Below are positions 8,503 to 11,341 of a stretch of 11,341 nt of DNA, one piece after another. The stretch comes from Thainema sp. (GTDB lineage Bacteria; Cyanobacteriota; Cyanobacteriia; Phormidesmidales; Phormidesmidaceae): contig JBQLZK010000118.1 in NCBI GenBank assembly GCA_052168235.1, positions 1 through 11,341 of the forward strand. Reading direction: 5' to 3'. The translations under genes were made by a program, and so were the position numbers. The stretch's first letter is position 1. Each line of letters begins with the position of its first letter. Below the pieces are notes generated by a model. The model saw nothing but the letters and a program-made list of their open reading frames with translations. It had not been told where the DNA came from and searched no databases.

Positions 8503-9535
8503 TAATCGACCCAATCGGCCAATCAGGCGATCATCCGAAACGTCTGAAGAAGGCCCAGAAAAGCCCTATGCATTGGTGCCATTTCCTCGACAGCGACCTT
8601 TCTTGAAAGCGCCTATTGGTCATCATCGCTATGCGCCCAACTGCTATCACGGAACGCTGTACCTCACGCTTAAGGTATTGACGGCACTGCACGTTTCCAC
8701 GGGCGTAACAGCATTAGGTAGCGACGTGGGCAGCCGGGTTCCACTGATCAAAACGATGGTGCAGGGCAAGGATAAACAACTGCTGATTCAGGGTAGTTCG
8801 CTGAAAGGATGTGTGCGGGCCATTTACGAAGCAATCACTAACAGTACGCTGGCTGTCATCACTAACCGTTACCGACAAAAGATGCCGCGAGATCGGCTTC
8901 CTTGTCGCAGCAAAGAAAGCCTTGACCCGGCCAGTCAAGTATTTGGAGCTTTAGATTGGCAGGGCTTGGTTTACTTCACGGATGCCATCTGCGAGTCTAC
9001 TCAGTCTGTAACGGGGTTTATGCCATCACTGTACCGTCCTCGGCCTGATGAACGGGATGCTTATTTTAACGGCAAGCAAGCGGCAGGACGAAAGTTCTAC
9101 CGCCATGCGGTGAAAGCGGTGGATGGGGGAAGTCGCGGTACTCCTGTGCAGCAGGCTGGAACGGAATTTACATTTAAGACTGAACTCCATTTCAAAAATC
9201 TGACGGAGGCTCAGTTGGGGACGTTGTTGGTTGCGCTGGGGCAAGATCCTCAATATCCAATGGCGCTCAAATTGGGAGGAGGGAAACCAGTTGGTTTAGG
9301 CACCGTGCAAGTGATGATTCCAAAGCTGAAGGTGACGCAGGATGTACGCGATCGCTATTCTAGCTACGCTCTGCCAGAAGCTGAAACGCTGACTGGGGAA
9401 ACCGTGGCTGAGTTTATGCAACAAGCTGTTCAAGCTGCTAAAACAAACAAGCTGGTCGAACTGCCACAACTGGAGGCCCTGGCTGACATCTTGAAATGGC
9501 CAACGGATTGGACTGCACCGGAGGGGATGTACTGA
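8495..9535 (+). CDS. cas7: Terminal Cas7-group RAMP (Csm5-like position, without large insertion)
   Basis: PYALVP N-terminus, LTALHVSTG, IQGSSLKGCVRAIYEAITNS, QVFG, GLVYFTDA, GRKFYRH, Gly loop LKLGGGKPVGLG. Confidence 0.85.
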   Translation: MVNNRPNRPIRRSSETSEEGPEKPYALVPFPRQRPFLKAPIGHHRYAPNCYHGTLYLTLKVLTALHVSTGVTALGSDVGSRVPLIKTMVQGKDKQLLIQGSSLKGCVRAIYEAITNSTLAVITNRYRQKMPRDRLPCRSKESLDPASQVFGALDWQGLVYFTDAICESTQSVTGFMPSLYRPRPDERDAYFNGKQAAGRKFYRHAVKAVDGGSRGTPVQQAGTEFTFKTELHFKNLTEAQLGTLLVALGQDPQYPMALKLGGGKPVGLGTVQVMIPKLKVTQDVRDRYSSYALPEAETLTGETVAEFMQQAVQAAKTNKLVELPQLEALADILKWPTDWTAPEGMY

Positions 9536-10161
9536 TGCTTTCTACCGACGAACTCACGGATGCTCAATGGCAAGTTGCGGATGCGATCGCACGTCAGCTT
9601 GTTTTGGATGGCACGGATGTGAATGAGCTACGGAAGGCGGCGGCTTATCTGAGGGCTCATCTAGACCGAGAGAATGCGGGGAAAACGTTCTTTAGCTATT
9701 TGAAGACGTTGGTGCGTAATGGTGATCAGATTGGCCACAGCAAGCGAACGACGGGCTATTACGAAAGCCTGAATACTATTTGCAATCAGTATTTGGAGGC
9801 TTATCTGGATGATGCGCCTAGAATGCTGATCATTCTGAGTTGGGCGGCTCGATTGGTGCAGTATTACGACAAGGGTGTACCAACGGGTGAGATTGCACAG
9901 CCGACAATTCAATCGGAGCGTGAGGCAGAAATTCAGGCGGTTGTTGAGGCGAATACGTTTAAGGTTGGGCAGGAGCTGGAGGCAGTTGTTACCGCAATTA
10001 GAGGTAACAAAGTTACGTATGAAATGTTGGGAACGATTAAGTTAACTCAGAAGGAATATAGACAAATTGATAACCTTTCTGAAGGGCAGAAGATAAAAGT
10101 AGAAATTATCCAACTTCGTGAAGACAACAGATCACCTAAGAAAATCAAACTCGTTCAGTAA
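9535..10161 (+). CDS. CRISPR-linked protein: helical (Cas11-like) N-terminal domain plus C-terminal S1/OB-fold
   Basis: ATG at 9535 overlaps the upstream stop (TGATG); 208 aa. The C-terminus FKVGQELEAVVTAIRGNKVTYE...LSEGQKIKVEIIQL fits the S1 pattern. The N-terminal approximately 112 aa look helical. Confidence 0.7.
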   Translation: MLSTDELTDAQWQVADAIARQLVLDGTDVNELRKAAAYLRAHLDRENAGKTFFSYLKTLVRNGDQIGHSKRTTGYYESLNTICNQYLEAYLDDAPRMLIILSWAARLVQYYDKGVPTGEIAQPTIQSEREAEIQAVVEANTFKVGQELEAVVTAIRGNKVTYEMLGTIKLTQKEYRQIDNLSEGQKIKVEIIQLREDNRSPKKIKLVQ

Positions 10162-10202
10162 AACTACGTATCATTCACCATCATACTCCTATTAGGTGAG
10201 AC

Positions 10203-11341
10203 ATGAAACTGAAGCTTGGTAACTTTTTCAATTTAGATAATCTTGATAGTAGTATTGAGGCGGTCGGTGAAACTCGTGAACTGGCTGAGCTATTAAAGGA
10301 TCAAAATATCAGCACCATAGCACCTTGGATAAGTAATGTAGCTCCATTCTTAAAGCCCCTAGCTTCACCCGAAATTCAGCTAGCCAGCGAATTAAGCGAA
10401 GCAATTCTACCTTTTATAAAAATTGCTAGTAGCTTTGTAAAATATATAAGCAAAAGAAAGGAGCCTACAACATTTTCTCAATGCGTCGTTTTAGTTTGCT
10501 TTCAAGCATTTTTAGAGTCTCTTTATAAAAACTCAAAAGGGATAAGCATATCGAGCAAAAGAAGTGTCCCTATTGCCAAAAATATAAAAGACGCTGAAAT
10601 CACGGAAGACGATGCTAAAAATGCATTAAAATTTTTTCCACAATCTAAACTATCAGAGATCTTTAAGGAAACTATAAAAACCCGTCTTTTACAAGCTTCT
10701 CTTGATGAAGAAGTAATAAATCTGCTTTTAGAAAAAGCAACTTGGGGAGCAGATCCATACATTAGCTATCTTTGGAGTGACTTACCAGAAGAAGTTAGGA
10801 AATTTAGTAATATATCAATATCAGAATGGAAAAAGGAGAATAGTCAAGATCTAGAATCAGATATCGAAAAAGTTATTAGTGAAGAAACAAGAAAGGTATT
10901 ACCTGGATTCACCAAACCAGAAATATCATTGGGTCAAATATATACACAGCTAGAAGTTGAAGAAATAGACAGCAATGGTAAGATATCCGCTGGTCAACGT
11001 CCAATAAGTTCCCATTCATGGGTTAATAAAATTCTTCTTGCTGGGGAATTAACAAAACCAATTCTGATACAGGGTGACTCAGGACAAGGTAAATCTTCAT
11101 TTTGCTCAATGTATTTCAGAGAAGTTTACAGAGAGCTGTATCCTGCTTACATTCCTGTTTTAATAAATCTTAGGGAAATTGAAGATGTAAAAGAGACTTT
11201 GACTAAAACTTTTGAAGGATGCCTAGAGTTCCGGTTTCCCTCTCTTTTGCGTAATAGGCAGTGGCTAAGTGATCCGACGAAAAGATACGGCTCTTCTGAC
11301 ATTATAGTGATAAGTTTATCTAATCAGGAAAGCAAGCTAAT
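10203..11341 (+). CDS. NACHT/STAND-like P-loop NTPase, N-terminal part (runs off window; probably IS-interrupted at 11289); not in supplied ORF track
   Basis: Translated by hand, it is open from ATG 10203 (AGGTGAG upstream) to the window end with no stop: MKLKLGNFFNLDNLDSSIEAVGETRELAELLK... It has a pre-NACHT-like ISLGQIYTQLEV segment, Walker A ILIQGDSGQGKSSF (11073-11096), then YPAYIPVLINLREI and WLSDPTKRY. Confidence 0.8.
   Translation, partial: MKLKLGNFFNLDNLDSSIEAVGETRELAELLKDQNISTIAPWISNVAPFLKPLASPEIQLASELSEAILPFIKIASSFVKYISKRKEPTTFSQCVVLVCFQAFLESLYKNSKGISISSKRSVPIAKNIKDAEITEDDAKNALKFFPQSKLSEIFKETIKTRLLQASLDEEVINLLLEKATWGADPYISYLWSDLPEEVRKFSNISISEWKKENSQDLESDIEKVISEETRKVLPGFTKPEISLGQIYTQLEVEEIDSNGKISAGQRPISSHSWVNKILLAGELTKPILIQGDSGQGKSSFCSMYFREVYRELYPAYIPVLINLREIEDVKETLTKTFEGCLEFRFPSLLRNRQWLSDPTKRYGSSDIIVISLSNQESKL
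11289..11341. mobile_element. Probable ISL3-family terminal inverted repeat / IS end
   Basis: Begins GGCTCTTC, the terminal motif I recall for ISL3-family elements such as IS1096 and IS1411. It starts exactly where the NACHT Walker B strand (hhhhDGFDE) is expected. It is preceded by the A-rich 8-mer AAAGATAC, a candidate target duplication. Confidence 0.6.

Larger units (their letters stand above)
1154..9590. repeat. Dispersed HIP1 octamers GCGATCGC (10 copies)
   Basis: Copies start at 1154, 2552, 3181, 4490, 4595, 4785, 5049, 7394, 9348 and 9583. HIP1 over-representation is a cyanobacterial hallmark. Confidence 0.9.

Noticed and set aside
2026..9912. Short alternative-frame and antisense ORFs from the track (2026-2265, 2390-2839, 2400-2675, 3987-4331, 5997-6326, 6460-6648, 6467-6691, 6645-6827, 7525-7719, 7965-8165, 8135-8344, 8714-8938, 9026-9253, 9661-9912)
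   Set aside because: All overlap well-supported cas genes and show no recognisable domains.
1124..10161. Type III-B (Cmr) or III-A assignment
   Set aside because: Csx10, a Csx19-like gene, an HD-less Cas10 and multiple Csm3-like Cas7s fit III-D; no Cmr1/3/4/6 or Csm4 signatures were recognised.
10162..10202. Intrinsic terminator or RBS-sequestering hairpin (TCACC 10175-10179 / GGTGA 10195-10199)
   Set aside because: Only a 5-bp stem with a long loop and no U-tract; too weak to call.
10523..10762. 79-aa - strand ORF
   Set aside because: Antisense shadow of the much longer + strand NACHT-like ORF.
1..11341. CRISPR array or isolated repeat
   Set aside because: No regularly spaced 28-40 bp direct repeats were found by eye, including in the two intergenic gaps. 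The short palindromes at 5-18 and 32-51 are single and better explained as part of an IS end.
1..11341. Composite transposon or CAST-like element bounded by the two ends
   Set aside because: The two terminal segments are not inverted or direct copies of each other, each interrupts a different gene, and no tns or transposase gene is present.

Overview
Cyanobacterial DNA (10 HIP1 GCGATCGC octamers) carrying a type III-D-like CRISPR-Cas interference operon on the + strand. Gene order: HD-less but GGDD-intact cas10, cas7, csx10, cas11 small subunit, cas7 (Csx7-like), cas7, csx19, cas7, and a terminal, translationally coupled gene that looks like a second Cas11-like helical domain fused to an S1/OB-fold. 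A divergent cas1 on the - strand is cut off before its catalytic His/Asp by foreign sequence (probable IS end at 1-53). An AT-rich ORF absent from the supplied ORF track starts 41 bp after the operon (10203 to the window end) and encodes a NACHT/STAND-like P-loop NTPase. It appears interrupted just before Walker B by an ISL3-like terminal inverted repeat (11289-11341). No CRISPR array, cas6, cas2 or CARF/SAVED effector is visible. All family assignments come from motif recognition by eye, not from database searches.
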